A stretch of DNA of 64,000 bases, from NCBI GenBank assembly GCA_047967505.1, contig CM106538.1. One strand, given 5' to 3'. The stretch comes from Dipteris shenzhenensis. Its lineage: Eukaryota. Below the pieces are notes generated by a model, which ran no database searches, had not been told where the DNA came from, and saw only the letters and a list, made by a program, of their open reading frames with translations. The stretch's first letter is position 1. Each line of letters opens with the position of its first letter. Positions 52,077-64,000 of this stretch are shown one piece after another. The position numbers and the translations under genes were made by a program.

Positions 52077-52846
52077 ATGTTGTCCTTGTATTCCTGTGCT
52101 CTCTCTCGTATGACACATTGGAAGGGAGCATGTGGGATCAGGTTGTCAGTGGTCTTCTACATTTTCCTGATCTCCCTTAGGGCCTGCGCTCCTGGCTTTG
52201 CTCTATACAGCTTCTGACTCTTGGTGGAGGCTGTATAGGTACCTGAACAAGATCCCACGGCCTCCTATCTACCTTGAATTTCTTCCACTGCTCTTGTCTG
52301 CATTGATCCTCCTCTGGCTCCTCCCTTCGCAGACGTCTTAAGCTTTGTCCTTCTTTGGGATGGGTCTTCCTCGGAGTCTACTTTACTCTCTTCATGGGCA
52401 CAGGGATCATCTCTATGTTTGGCTATATCACTGGGAGAGGGAAGATGGTGCTCAGACTGGTAGTCTATTGTGGCCCATAGGAAGCCTCTCTATGTCCAAA
52501 AGGTTATCGAACACATTTTGTTTGATCGGGACAGGGCTCTCATGGGGAGGGGAAGGCCGAGGTGAAGGCTGAGGCGAAGGTTAAGGGGAAGGCAGAGGGG
52601 AAGGTTGAGGGGAAGGTTGAGGGTCAAAGGCTGGGGGGAAGGCTCATGCTCAGGATAGTTGGGGGAGGGCTCACGAGAGTCCTAGGAGACCTCAAGAGAG
52701 TTGGGGGAGGGCTCACGAGACTCGAGGGAGGCACCATCGGACCTGGATAGGTTCATGTGCACAGATGCCATGGAGGTGGTGGACCTAGAGAAGGAAGGGT
52801 GGAGGCAGCGTCCAATGGGTCTAGTAGTGTTCTTCACTCTTGCCAT
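52077..52846 (-). pseudogene. Histone H3-like pseudogene, long N-terminal tail plus first half of the histone fold
   Basis: ATG 52846 gives MARVKNTTR, then an S/P-rich tail with two frameshifts. It ends KLYRAKPGAQALREIRKM*KTTDNLIPHAPFQCVIRERAQEYKDN, versus H3 [42 protein letters not shown]. Confidence 0.9.
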
Positions 52847-52857
52847 TGAATAATGAG

Positions 52858-52932
52858 AGTTAGGGTTTTTTTTAACGTGTTATATAGGCCCATCATGTTT
52901 TGACATCCCTTGTAATTACGTTTAGGGTTTCA
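52858..52932 (-). promoter_or_regulatory. Promoter of the H3-like gene: telo-boxes, TATA, site II motif
   Basis: AAACCCTA at ~52861-52868 and ~52923-52930, TATATAA at ~52880-52886, TGGGCC at ~52887-52892. Confidence 0.6.
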
Positions 52933-53387
52933 TCATGCCCCCTTCCAACCCCCCCCACCCTCGTCGTCCTCCCCTCCCATTGCCCTCCCCCTACTTGCCC
53001 CGCCCACACCTGTCGCCCTCCCCCATACCCCCCATCAACCCCTCCCCCCACCCTTTCTACCACTCCACCCCTCCCCTTGCCCTGCCCCATGCCCCTCCCT
53101 TCTCTCCCCCCTCCTTCTCTATGTCCCCACTTTCCCCAAAGTCGTGTGAGTACAAAAATTGTGGTCAAAATAAGCAAGATATTAAAGAGTGAGTACACAA
53201 ATTCTGGTCAAAATAAGCAATATATTTATTTCATATTTGTATACAATTACACCATAGCTTCTGTTGGTGGTTCGACCCATCTGCTCCCTTCTCTCACTCT
53301 AGCTTGCAACCAACGTGCAACTCCTCGACTCCCTATGGATGCTTTCCAAGCACTATGCCTTCTATTCTTTGATACAATTTGAACTGC

Positions 53388-53660
53388 CACTACAAGGCAT
53401 AGGCCCTTTTCCCTCCCTTTTCCGATGGTTAAGCACCGACGTTTAGTGCGCACGAGGCGCTAATCATCGGTATGCAAAGCGGGCTTAAAAAGTGTCACTA
53501 TATAGCGACACTTTTATAAACATTGCTATATAGCGATGTTTATAAAAGTTTCGCTATATAGTGACTTTTGCCAAACTTGTATAAGGTCATTATATAGCGA
53601 CCTTTTATAGAGAGTGTTTAAATTTCCCATACCGACCTTTGAAGATAGTTTTACCCAATG
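53388..53660 (+). mobile_element. Probable CACTA (En/Spm) terminus with palindromic subterminal repeats
   Basis: Starts CACTACAAGG. Four TCGCTATATAGCGA-like palindromes lie at ~53495, 53523, 53551 and 53587. No partner end was seen. Confidence 0.55.
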
Positions 53661-53689
53661 ACAAAAAAAATTTCTTTTCATACATGTTT

Positions 53690-54535
53690 ATTCCACTCGG
53701 GTGATCTCAACACTGGTACAGTGGCTAGAGCTAGTTTGCAGGTTTTAAAGGATTTCTAGCATTTTGCAGTCCACTCAAAGGATACTAGCAGTTTGTATAA
53801 TGGGTGGGCTATGTTCGGAATAAGATGAACCTCCTGTAATAGCATGTGTGGCTAGTAAATCATTGGACTCCCTTGGCATTGGTGGGGGGTAGTAACTCCA
53901 GGATGAGTTTGATTTTATTGTGGTCTGTAGAGATTCCATTCCGAAACACTATGTGGCCAAGAATGACACCATGTTTGACCCAGAGCTAGCACTTAAGAGG
54001 ATTAAGGGATATGCGGTATAAGCGAGACTTCTCGAGGATGAGAGCCTGAGGTACTTCAAGTGGTCATTCCACATCGAGTTCACACAGATGTCATCCAAGA
54101 AGACTTCCATGAAATCTCTCAGATGTTCTATGAATACCATGATCATCATCCATTGGAAAGTGGTAGGGGCATTGGTTAATCCAAATATCATCACCCTAGC
54201 TACATACACAACCCACTCGGTTGCAAAGGTGGTTTTATGTTGATCTTGCAGGGCGATAGACATTTGGTTGTAACCTGAGAATTCGTCTAGGAGGTTATAT
54301 GCTTCCTTTCTGGCTACCCTTTCTAGAACATGTTTAGTGGATGGCAAGGGGTAGTACTATGGTCATGCCTAGTGGTAGTGTTAACTTTTTTCAAATCCAC
54401 GCATACTCTAATTTTTCCATTCTTCTTTAGGACTATCACGATGAGTGATACCCAATCCGTATGCTCAATTGCATAGATGAATCCCACATCTATGAGTTTC
54501 TAGATTTCCTCCCTCACTATGAGTGTGTATTTGCC
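53690..54535 (-). mobile_element. Degenerate gypsy RT fragment
   Basis: KIRVCVDLKKL, LDEFSGYNQ, FGLTNAPTTFQ, FLDD. Confidence 0.88.
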
Positions 54536-54572
54536 TATGGGCTTGGAGTCCTATGCAAGGAGTGTGTGACTG

Positions 54573-57500
54573 TGTGAAGATTGTGGGAGAGAGGGAAGGA
54601 GTCTCACTTGCGGCTTTCTCACATGCACAATGGGGGAATACACACAAAGGTGGAGGCTGAAAACAGTTTTCCTCTTCTTAGTTGTGAAAAGCCAAAAGAA
54701 CTCAAGTACAAAGAAATAGAAGAACCCTATATGTGGGTCTCAAACCAAACTCAACTAACTAAGGTGGCATACTAACTGAGCCACGAACTAGTGTAGATAA
54801 GGATTGCTGTCATCCAGCTATTATTCATGGGCGGTGTACCAACCGCATCTCCAGCCGCATCTCCAGCTAACAAGTCAGTGACATAAATGCACAACAGTCA
54901 CCCTGGCATATCGCGAGTGGAGCTCGATATCTCAACACTCCCCCTCAAGCTCAATCCCAAATCCTCCACACCAAGCAGGTCTCTGAACTTGCGCAGCTTC
55001 TCTGCACCCAATGCTTTCGTGAATATGTCAGCTACCTGATCCTCTCTGCTGACATAAACTAGATCAATAAAACCTAGTAAAACCTTCTCCCGCACATAGT
55101 GATAATGCACCTCAATGTGCTTTGTTCTAGCATGAAAGATTGGGTTCTTTGCCAAGTGTATACTGCTCATGTTGTCACAATAAATGACAACCGGCCCATC
55201 TGTAGACTGATGCATATCATACAGTAGCTTATGCAACCAAGCTACCTCACATGCAGCCATTGCTGCACCCCTGTACTCAGCCTCTGTGCTCGACAAGGCA
55301 ACTGTAGGTTGTTTCTTGCTGCTCCAAGTGACTGCAGCACTCCCAAATGAGAACACATATCCACTGGTAGATCGCCTATCAGAAATGCTACCAGCCCAAT
55401 CAGCATCAGTGTATCCATGCAACTATATCTGAACCCCAGCCTCATAAAATAGTCCATACTGCAATGTGGACTTCACATACCTGAGTATGCATCTAGCCGC
55501 ATCCAAATGCGGTTTCCTTGGACCCTGCATAAACTGACTTACCAACCCAACAGCATAGCTCAAATCTGGCCTGGTAATAGTCATGTAAATCAAACTTCCT
55601 ACTATGCGTCTCTACATAGTAGGGTCTTCCAGAAGCTCACCTGCATCTGTGCTCAGCTTCACATTCTGCTCCAAAGGAACTGAAATAGGCTTACAGCCTG
55701 TCATCCCATATTTGAACAGCATGTCCAATCCATACTGCCTCTGCAAGAGCTGTATCCCACTTGGTGATCTAATCACCTCAATGCCCAAGAAATAACGCAG
55801 CTCTCCCAAATCCTTCATCTCAAACTTCTGCCTCAATAGCATTTTCACATGAAGGATATCTTCATCACTATCACCTGTGATGATCAAATCATCAACATAA
55901 ATGACCAGCAGCATAATCCCTTTCTCTGTTTTTCTCACATAGAGTGAGAAATCTGCCTTGGAAATCTGAAAGCCAATAGTGACAAGATACTGTCCTATCT
56001 TGTCAGACCATGCTCTAGGTGCTTGCTTCAAGCCATACAAGGCTTTCTTCAACCTACAAACAAACTCAGGATGAGTAGCATGAACATAACCTGCTGGCTG
56101 CTCCATAAAGACCTCTTCTTGCAAATCACCATGCAAGAAGGCATTCTTTACATCCATCTGATGTAAAGACCATCCCTTTGATGCAGCCATAGTAATGGCT
56201 ACTCTTACAGTTGCCATCCTTGCAACCGGGCTGAAAGTTTCTTCATAATCAATGCCATATGTTTGTGCATACCCCTTGACAACTAATCTTGCCTTGTATC
56301 TATTCACAGAACCATCTGCATTGTGCTTGATCTTATAAACCCACTTACAACCAATTGCATTCTTGCCTTTAGGCAAAGGCACCAATTCCCATGTAGCATT
56401 AGCATCCAAGGCATCCATTTCCTCATCCATGGCTTTCTCCCATTTTTCATTTCCCATGGCTTGCTCAAAAGAAGTGGGTTCTGGTTCCTGTATCACTTTG
56501 ACCATATAGGCATAGTGAATGGCTGTAAATCCATCATATTTCAGCCTATCCACAGGGATACCTAATCCTGGTAGACCTGCGCAAAATAGGCTCACTTCCA
56601 GGTGCTCTCAAAACATCCCTGGTGTTCCTTACTCCAGGTGTAACAACAGAAGGAATACCCAACTCATCATCAATGCTCTGTTCTGAGCCACTAGATTCAC
56701 CATCCACACAAGAGTGACCTGCATTCACATCATACATGGGCTGATCTACCTTCTCTTTTCCTTTTCGTGATACCTGCGTACCACTCTCTGCATTGCTTTG
56801 AGGGGATTCTCCTGATCTCAATCTGCCTGTCCATGGCGAAGTATGTGAACCACTGGTAGAGGACACTCCAGGTCCACTGATATTTTGTGATTGCTGCTGT
56901 GCATTCTGTGCAGCATTACCATTTTGTGCATCTACATCAATCATCACATTTACTGGTTTATACCAGCTGCTCATCTCATCAAAAACAACATCTCTGCTCA
57001 CTGTGAACTTACGTGTAGAAGGGTTATAGCATCTATACCCTTTCTGTTGCAGAGAATAACCAATAAAGACGCACTTCTCAGCTTTTGGATCCAACTTGGA
57101 CCTCAACTCATCTGGCACATGGACATAAGCAATGCAACCAAAAATCTTCAAATGAGAAATATCTGGTTTCCTACCAGTATACATCTCCTCTGGCGTAATG
57201 CCATGTATTGCTGCAGTGGGAGTCCTGTTCATTATATAGACTGCTGTAGCAACTGCTTCAGCCCAATAATAATCTGGTAGATCTTTTTCATTTAGCATAG
57301 CCCGAGATACCTCTCCAATATGCCTGTTTTTTCTTTGTGCAACTCCATTTTGCTGTGGGGTATGACTGCATGAATATTGCTGCTTTATACCATGCTCCTG
57401 CAAGAACCTTGCAAACTCATTTGAGAGGTACTCTCCCCCTCCATCTGACCTTAGGCATTTTATTTGCAGGCCTGTTTCTTTTTCAACCATAGCTTTGAAA

Positions 57501-60185
57501 GCTTTGAAGTGCCCAAACACTTCACTTTTCTTTTTCATAAAATACACCCACAGTTTTCTACTGAAGTCATCAATAAATGTGACAAAATAGTGACAGCCTC
57601 CAATAGATGCAGCTTTTGTAGTCCACACATCAGAGTGGATTAATTCCAATGGCTTTTTACTCTCTTGAACATGCCTAGGAAAAGGTTTCCTTGCCTGTTT
57701 CCCAAATTGACAGGCTTCACAAATCTTGTGCATTTCTGCAACCTTGAATTTTGGCAATCCTGCAACAATATTTTGGGCTTGCATTGATTTAAGTCACTGT
57801 ATATTAACATGACCAATGTGTTTGTGCCAGATATCAATATCTGCAACTACACCGGTCCCATGTGCAAACATTGCTGCACTCAATTCAGGCATGTCTACAT
57901 CCAACGTAAACATCCTGCCCTTCTTCTTTCCTTTTGCTATCAAGCGACCATTATTTTTCATATCCTCAACAAAGCATCCATGAGGATTCAATCTGACCTA
58001 CAAGCCCTGCTCAACCATCTGACCAACAGAAACCAGGTTCTTGGTGATGTTCGGGACATGAAATACATCAGACAAGTATTTCTTTTTCCCATCCTGCATA
58101 GACAAAGGAATTTTGCCAATCTGCACAATAGGATGTGCAGTATCATCACCAGTCTCCACAAATCCTGGTTTTTCCATTTTTCTTGCATCCTGCATCCATT
58201 CAGCGTGACCTGTCATGTGGTTTGATGCACCCGAGTCAACATACCACACATCATTGCTTTCTTCTGCACTTGTTACATAATTTGTCATATGCTGCACCAT
58301 AAACAAATGCTCATTTCTGTCATCACCCTGTCTACTAGAGGATGCATAATTGCCTTGCTGCAATTTTCCATTCATAATGTCATTCTGCTTTTTATAGCAG
58401 TCCTTAGCCATATGACCCATTTTGCTACAATAGTAGCATTCAATATTGTTGTTTGCATTTTGGCCTCTCTGCCATCCACCACGGCCTCTTTGGCTCCCCT
58501 TGCCTCTAGAGTTACCATGTCCTCCTGCATAGGACTGGTTTTCTTGCGTTTGCTGCATATTCTGATTTCTACCACGGCCTGCAGATCGGCCTCCTCTACC
58601 TCTGCCTCTACCTCTGCCAGCATTTGAGTAGAAGATAGTTTCTTTTGAAGTTTCTACTGAAGAAGATGCACCCCCATTTCTCTGCTCTTCAGAAATTAGA
58701 AGAGCAATCAACTCCTCAAAACCAGGAAAGTTTTCACGGACGGCAATGGATGTCCGGAACTGTGCATAATCCTTTCCTAGACCATTCAAGGTCACAGAAA
58801 CCAAATCATCATCATCCACTGGCGACCCAATGGAAGCAAGTGCATCTGCAATTTTCTTCACTTTCATGTGGTAGTCATTTATGCTCAAATTTTCTCTCTG
58901 CACATTGTGCAACTCATGTTTGAGTTGCATTTTCCTGGCTTGCGTATTTGTGCTATACATTTTTGCCAAAGTATCCCATGCCTCCTTTGGCATATTTGCA
59001 TCCTGAATATGCACAATCATGGAGTCTGAAATACTGATAGACAGCCAGTACATAACTTTCCTGGCTCTCTCATGCCATCCTTTGAATGCCTGCATTTCCT
59101 GTTGACTGGGAACATTAGGAAGAACAGGTTCTTCTTCATTTCCTGTAATGAATTCCCAATAGCCTTTTCCCATCAAGAAATTCGTCATTCTAAACTTCCA
59201 TGCCTGGAAGTTGTTCTTGTCAAACTTTTCAGTGACAATCTGTGAAAGAGAATCAGATGCCATTACAAAACACTGCAAAATATTCTGTCACTGCAAAAAA
59301 CACAGCTTTTTGCCTCACACGGGCAGATTTGCAAAACTGACGAAAGTGGTATTTCACCACACAGTCACTTCCTAGTGACGATTTTGCATCAACAGGCAAC
59401 AGGCATGAATCTGCAACTCCCAATATCTCTGCACACAGGCATACGATGCAATTTCTGCGGCACCTTTCCACCAACTAGCCGCGTAGTGGTCGCACAGCAA
59501 AAAACAGGGCCTTTCTCTGAGTGCCTGCGAAGAACTTCCACCTTCAAAACGGGCCCCGAAACGGCCTCAAATCAGAAAAATAAAGTCACTGAGGGCTTCT
59601 CCCTCGCCCGCAGCATATACTGCGCTCTCGCCACACCGCGAAGGGCGTCTCAATCTGAAACAGTGCACTCCTGCACTTCTGGCTGTGCTACCTGCAGAGA
59701 TTTGCTCCCAAACTCGAAATAGGAAAGCAACACTGGTCCTCTTACCAGGACACCACGAACTTGGCTTGCTTTCTTGAGCTCCTTACCACGAACAAGGCTC
59801 TGATACCATGTGAAGATTGTGGGAGAGAGGGAAGGAGTCTCACTTGCGGCTTTCTCACATGCACAATGGGGGAATACACACAAAGGTGGAGGCTGAAAAC
59901 AGTTTTCCTCTTCTTAGTTGTGAAAAGCCAAAAGAACTCAAGTACAAAGAAATAGAAGAACCCTATATGTGGGTCTCAAACCAAACTCAACTAACTAAGG
60001 TGGCATACTAACTGAGCCACGAACTAGTGTAGATAAGGATAGCTGTCATCCAGCTATTATTCGTGGGTAGTGTACCAACCGCATCTCCAGCCGCATCTCC
60101 AGCTAACAAGTCGGTTAACAAGTCGGTGACATAAATGCACAACAGTCACCCTGGCATATCGGGAGTGGAGCTCGATATCTCAACA
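54573..60185 (-). mobile_element. Full-length Ty1/copia element, family 1 (copy E)
   Basis: LTRs at 54573-54937 and 59809-60185, near-TSD GACTG/GAGTG, PBS 59797-59808, PPT next to 54938. Gag-PR-IN-RT-RH is present with a few stops and one frameshift. Confidence 0.96.
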
Positions 60186-62365
60186 GAGTGTAGGTGTGCT
60201 AGAAGGTTCTAGTGACTCATTAGTTAGGTGTGTCAGGTTGGTGTGATGAGTGAGTGGTGATCATAGGAGGTGACTGATTGAGATAATCATGGAGATGATT
60301 GTGGATCTGGGATCTACCTACATGGAGGAAGTTGCCTATATATGTAGCCACTCTTGGAATAAATCTTGACATTGTGTTCCTCATTTCTTTCTCATGAATT
60401 CACACATGGTATCATAGCTTGGTTAGAATCTGAGTGCCTAGAATGAGATTCCTAGTAGATTCCAACTAGATTCTATCTTCTTCCCAAATGCCGAGTCCTA
60501 TCTCTCCCTCTTCTACCTTGAGCTTGGGAAGCTTTTTTCTCTCCATCCATGTAATGATTTGATAAACCCATTCAGCCACACCTTCCTCACTTATGGGCAA
60601 CCTGTCTGACTGGTGGGATTGAAGAAATTCATTGCCATGTCTGCGCACCGCCTTTCTATCTGTTTTGCACCATTTTTGCAATGCTGCACACCTCAATCAC
60701 TTACCTTGCAATTCATCTGAGCCAAGCTTTCTCTACAACTAGAGCTACCCTCTATAGAAAATTGGAGCAATTTGGTCCAGAGATGAGGGAGTACTCAGCA
60801 AAAAACTAGTCGACCTTTTGAGAAGACAGAGTTTCTCAAGTGATGGAGATGCTGGTGCCCCAGGGGATATAACATGGCATTTCAGCTGTGGTTTGTTCTG
60901 ATCTTTCCTTGCATATATATCTATGATTGCACAACAAAATCCCCTAGCTTGGTGATGCTTGAAGTGAGGTGTCAAGCCTCCAAAGTTTCCATGTACTCTG
61001 CAAGCATTTCTAGTGTATTTTTTGGAGTTTTTTATGCTACATTAAATGCTTGAGGAGTAAACATTCAGTTCAGAGATTGTTCTTCCAAATTTCAGTTCAA
61101 AGTGTGCCCTTTCAGTTCAAAGAAGTTTCTTCCAAGTTTAGTTGGTGTTAATCTCTTAACAACATGCCAACTTCAAGTTCTCAAAGCTCTTCAAATGTCA
61201 AGAAGACTACAAAGACAAAGTACAAGGTGTATAAGACTCCAATTAAGAGGTTGTGCGAGAAGCCAACGGGTTATGAATATGCCAAACAATTAGGATTTTT
61301 AGAATTCTTATCTTGCAATTTGCATCTATATGGTGAAATTGATTTTCTTGTTCAAAAAGATTGATCTTTTGTAAAGGGATTAGATACTGCCATTAATTTA
61401 GTAAGACCTTCCCAAAATGGCTTCCAAACTGAAAATAGATAAGTTTGAAGGAGAGGGGCTCCACACTTGGCAAACAAAACTGAAGTTTATTCTCATGAAA
61501 AAGGGAATATGGAAGGTAGCAAATGGAAAAGAAACTAAACCTACAACTAAAAAAGGAGAAGCTTCATGGCTTCCAAAAGATGAAAAAGCACTTGCTATAA
61601 TTGGTCTTGGTCTGGAGTGATTCCTTTATTCATCACATTGATGGATGTGAGACTGCTCATGCTGCATGGACTCATCTTGAGCATGTTTTTAGAGCATAGG
61701 GAGGCTACTCTAAGTTTAGCTTGCTTATCAATGTTATGGAAATTATATTTTCTGATATATCTTGCTTTGGATATTATTACTTTAGTCAATTGTGACTATG
61801 GCAAAGTACTCCATAGGAGTGCACCAGATGCGGCGGGGGTCCTAGTGGATACTTTGTGAGACTTTGTGTGGTTAGTTGGGGATGCCTAACTAGCTTGTGT
61901 TTTGCCATGCTAGATGGTCACTATTGTGGGTGATTCCATGTTAATACTGATGTCGCTAGTGTTATTGGTGTTGTACTTGATTATTGTGCTTTGAGCGTGG
62001 TTATGTTGGAATCGGTTGATTCGGTGATTCGTTCAATCGATTGTTAATAACTAATGTAATTGGCGGCTTGAGTACAGGTGATGGAACTCATAGCGAGGAT
62101 TGGAGTTAGTGCGAGGGTACCGATCAAGGTGTTGCACAGCGCATTATATATTGCCATGGGCCAATTTTGTATTTGTTTTATTATTGCAAGTGTGAGCAAT
62201 ACATTTTGTTGAGGACATAATTCATTTTGGGACCTAAGATGGCTATGTAAAGCAAATCCCTCATTTTTGGATGAGAGGGATAATTTTGGCTCCTTGGTGC
62301 TTTTATGAAATATCATAAATACTCTAGATGAGGAAGTGTGAGCCACTCATCTAGGGGGAGGAGAT
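60186..62365 (+). mobile_element. Deleted copia element F (LTR end at 60406, PBS, gag remnant, PPT)
   Basis: TATA and AATAAA precede ...CACACA followed by TGGTATCATAGC (60407). Gag MASKLKIDKFEGEGLHTWQTKLKFIL starts at 61417, and a purine tract AGGGGGAGGAGA lies at 62353. Confidence 0.7.
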
Positions 62366-64000
62366 TGTACCCAGTCTGTTGTCGCTCTCATGGTGTGATT
62401 GTGCTTTTTTTCTCCAATTGATTAAGTGGTGAATTTGTGTGTTGAAAAGATTACCTTTTGGTTTCAATGGTATCAGAGCTCAGGTAACGCTCCTGTGAAG
62501 GAAGAAGGCTACCTCGTGGCTCATGTGAGAAGTTAATAAGAAGTTTCTCTTATCAAGGACGAAGAAGAGAAAGTCCACGGAAGAAAAAGAAAGGGAAATT
62601 CCGAGGCTCTAACCGTGGTCATTTTGTTGCACAAGAGGGAGCGGGTGCAGTGATAGAGAAGTTTTTATAGAAAAAAAATTCAGTGCCATGGTTTTGTGCA
62701 ATCAACCTTGACCATTGCTCCTTGATAGCCGATGTGAAATTATGCAGTCCAATCTCCACTATCTCTGAAGCTCAGAGCTAGGCTTACATTAAAGCTTTGC
62801 ACTGTCCAAAGCTCTGCACAGCGTGATAGCGCCCCACTTGCAGATGTCGCACTCTCGAAAAACTATATGCACCTCAGCTTCTGAGGATCTCCGCCATGAC
62901 TGGACTCTGCAGCAAGCCTTCTGTTATCGCGAGCAGCCATGCATACTGGTCTTGTAGTCATCAATAGCACCGCCCTTGGAAACGTAGCCTTTGCAAAGAC
63001 CAGTCGCCTCTAGACTGCGCATATTTTCAATTTCAGCAGTGATGGATAGCAGCCGATGAGAGACCTTGGGAGTCTCTCTCTCACTTTGCCCACACACTCG
63101 TGAGAGTTCGTAGCATTGACGAGCAGACTCTTCTAGAGACTCTGTCTATGTCTGTGTGCACTCATCTACAGCTACTGCCAACCAACAGCTTGGGTCTCTG
63201 ACTCTGTGCGCTCTACAACCCTGCAGTCTCCTTACATAGTGGCCACCTCTTTTGTCTCTGCCAGCCTATGTAGCCACCTACTTGGCCTACTTCACCTCTA
63301 CTGCCGCTCTACGCACTTGATTAGCCTCTGCGTGTGTACTCATGAACAGTCGTCATGGTCGCACGAGGAACTCTACCATCACGGACTCTAGAGCACCATC
63401 GTGACTCGCATGCACACCGGGGATAGCAATCAACAGCGCGGTTGAACAGGGTACAAGGTTCAAAGGCCATATTTTAAATTTAAAAAAAAAGAGGAAAATG
63501 CAGCAAGCTACAAGGCTCAACAAGGTGATTGGAGCTCAACAAGGAGAAGACCACAGCCAAAATCTATAAGCTTGAATCAAGAAGGTGATTGGAACCACGA
63601 ATCACCGAGCAATTAATTGGAGATTGGTTGAGCACAGACGACTACAAGCGACATCATCAATCACATATCTCCCACTCTAGTCTTTTCTACCTCCAATCAA
63701 AGGAGCGAGATAAGTGATTTCTTTTGCTTTATATTTCATACACTTAGTATCTTCCGCCATCCATTTCTTATCATACACTCGAATCACGCTTTTTCATCTA
63801 TTTAATTCTCAGACACTTAGTATCCTTTATTTGTATTTATTGCATTATCATGGCGCATCAGCCACAACCACCCATGCTCCAAGAGTAGCTAGACGCACTT
63901 CAGGCACAGTTGGTCGATGAGTGTGAGAATAGGGAGAGATTGGAAAAGAAAATCAATGGTAAGAAAAGGAAGAGACATTCATCTGACGATGATTCCGACG
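62366..64000 (+). mobile_element. Start of another LTR element (short LTR-like 62366-62466, PBS 62468, leader)
   Basis: TG...CA segment followed by TGGTATCAGAGC; no coding domain was recognised within the window. Confidence 0.5.

Noticed and set aside
52355-52395. Second H3-tail mimic MKRVK*TPRKT inside the long tail
   Set aside because: It lies in a different frame from the open frame leading into the histone fold, so it is probably coincidence.
45072-52846. Calling the H3-like gene CENH3
   Set aside because: There is no loop-1 extension, Q68 and F84 are retained, and no introns are evident, so it is left unassigned.

Overview
This is repeat-dense plant genomic DNA, identified by TTTAGGG repeats, Ty1/copia and Ty3/gypsy elements with tRNA-iMet PBSs, and GT-AG introns. 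The lineage cannot be fixed from sequence alone. 1-18614 holds a ~180-bp satellite array and then a ~14-kb block bracketed by same-orientation telomere-like arrays. That block carries a spliced minus-strand gene with a ParB/Srx-like region, a beta-class N4/N6 DNA-methyltransferase-like region lacking the catalytic motifs, and two Ulp1-like protease domains. Upstream of the gene lie about 20 copies of the palindrome CGCTGCCGCGGCAGCG. A 100-N gap follows. 18715-64000 is a nest of LTR retrotransposons containing a 12.8-kb inversion (26639-39475) that can be reconstructed exactly. It also contains a histone H3-fold pseudogene with a ~215-aa N-terminal tail, split by a copia insertion and missed by the ORF track. 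All domain assignments come from motif recognition by eye and need HMM or structure confirmation.
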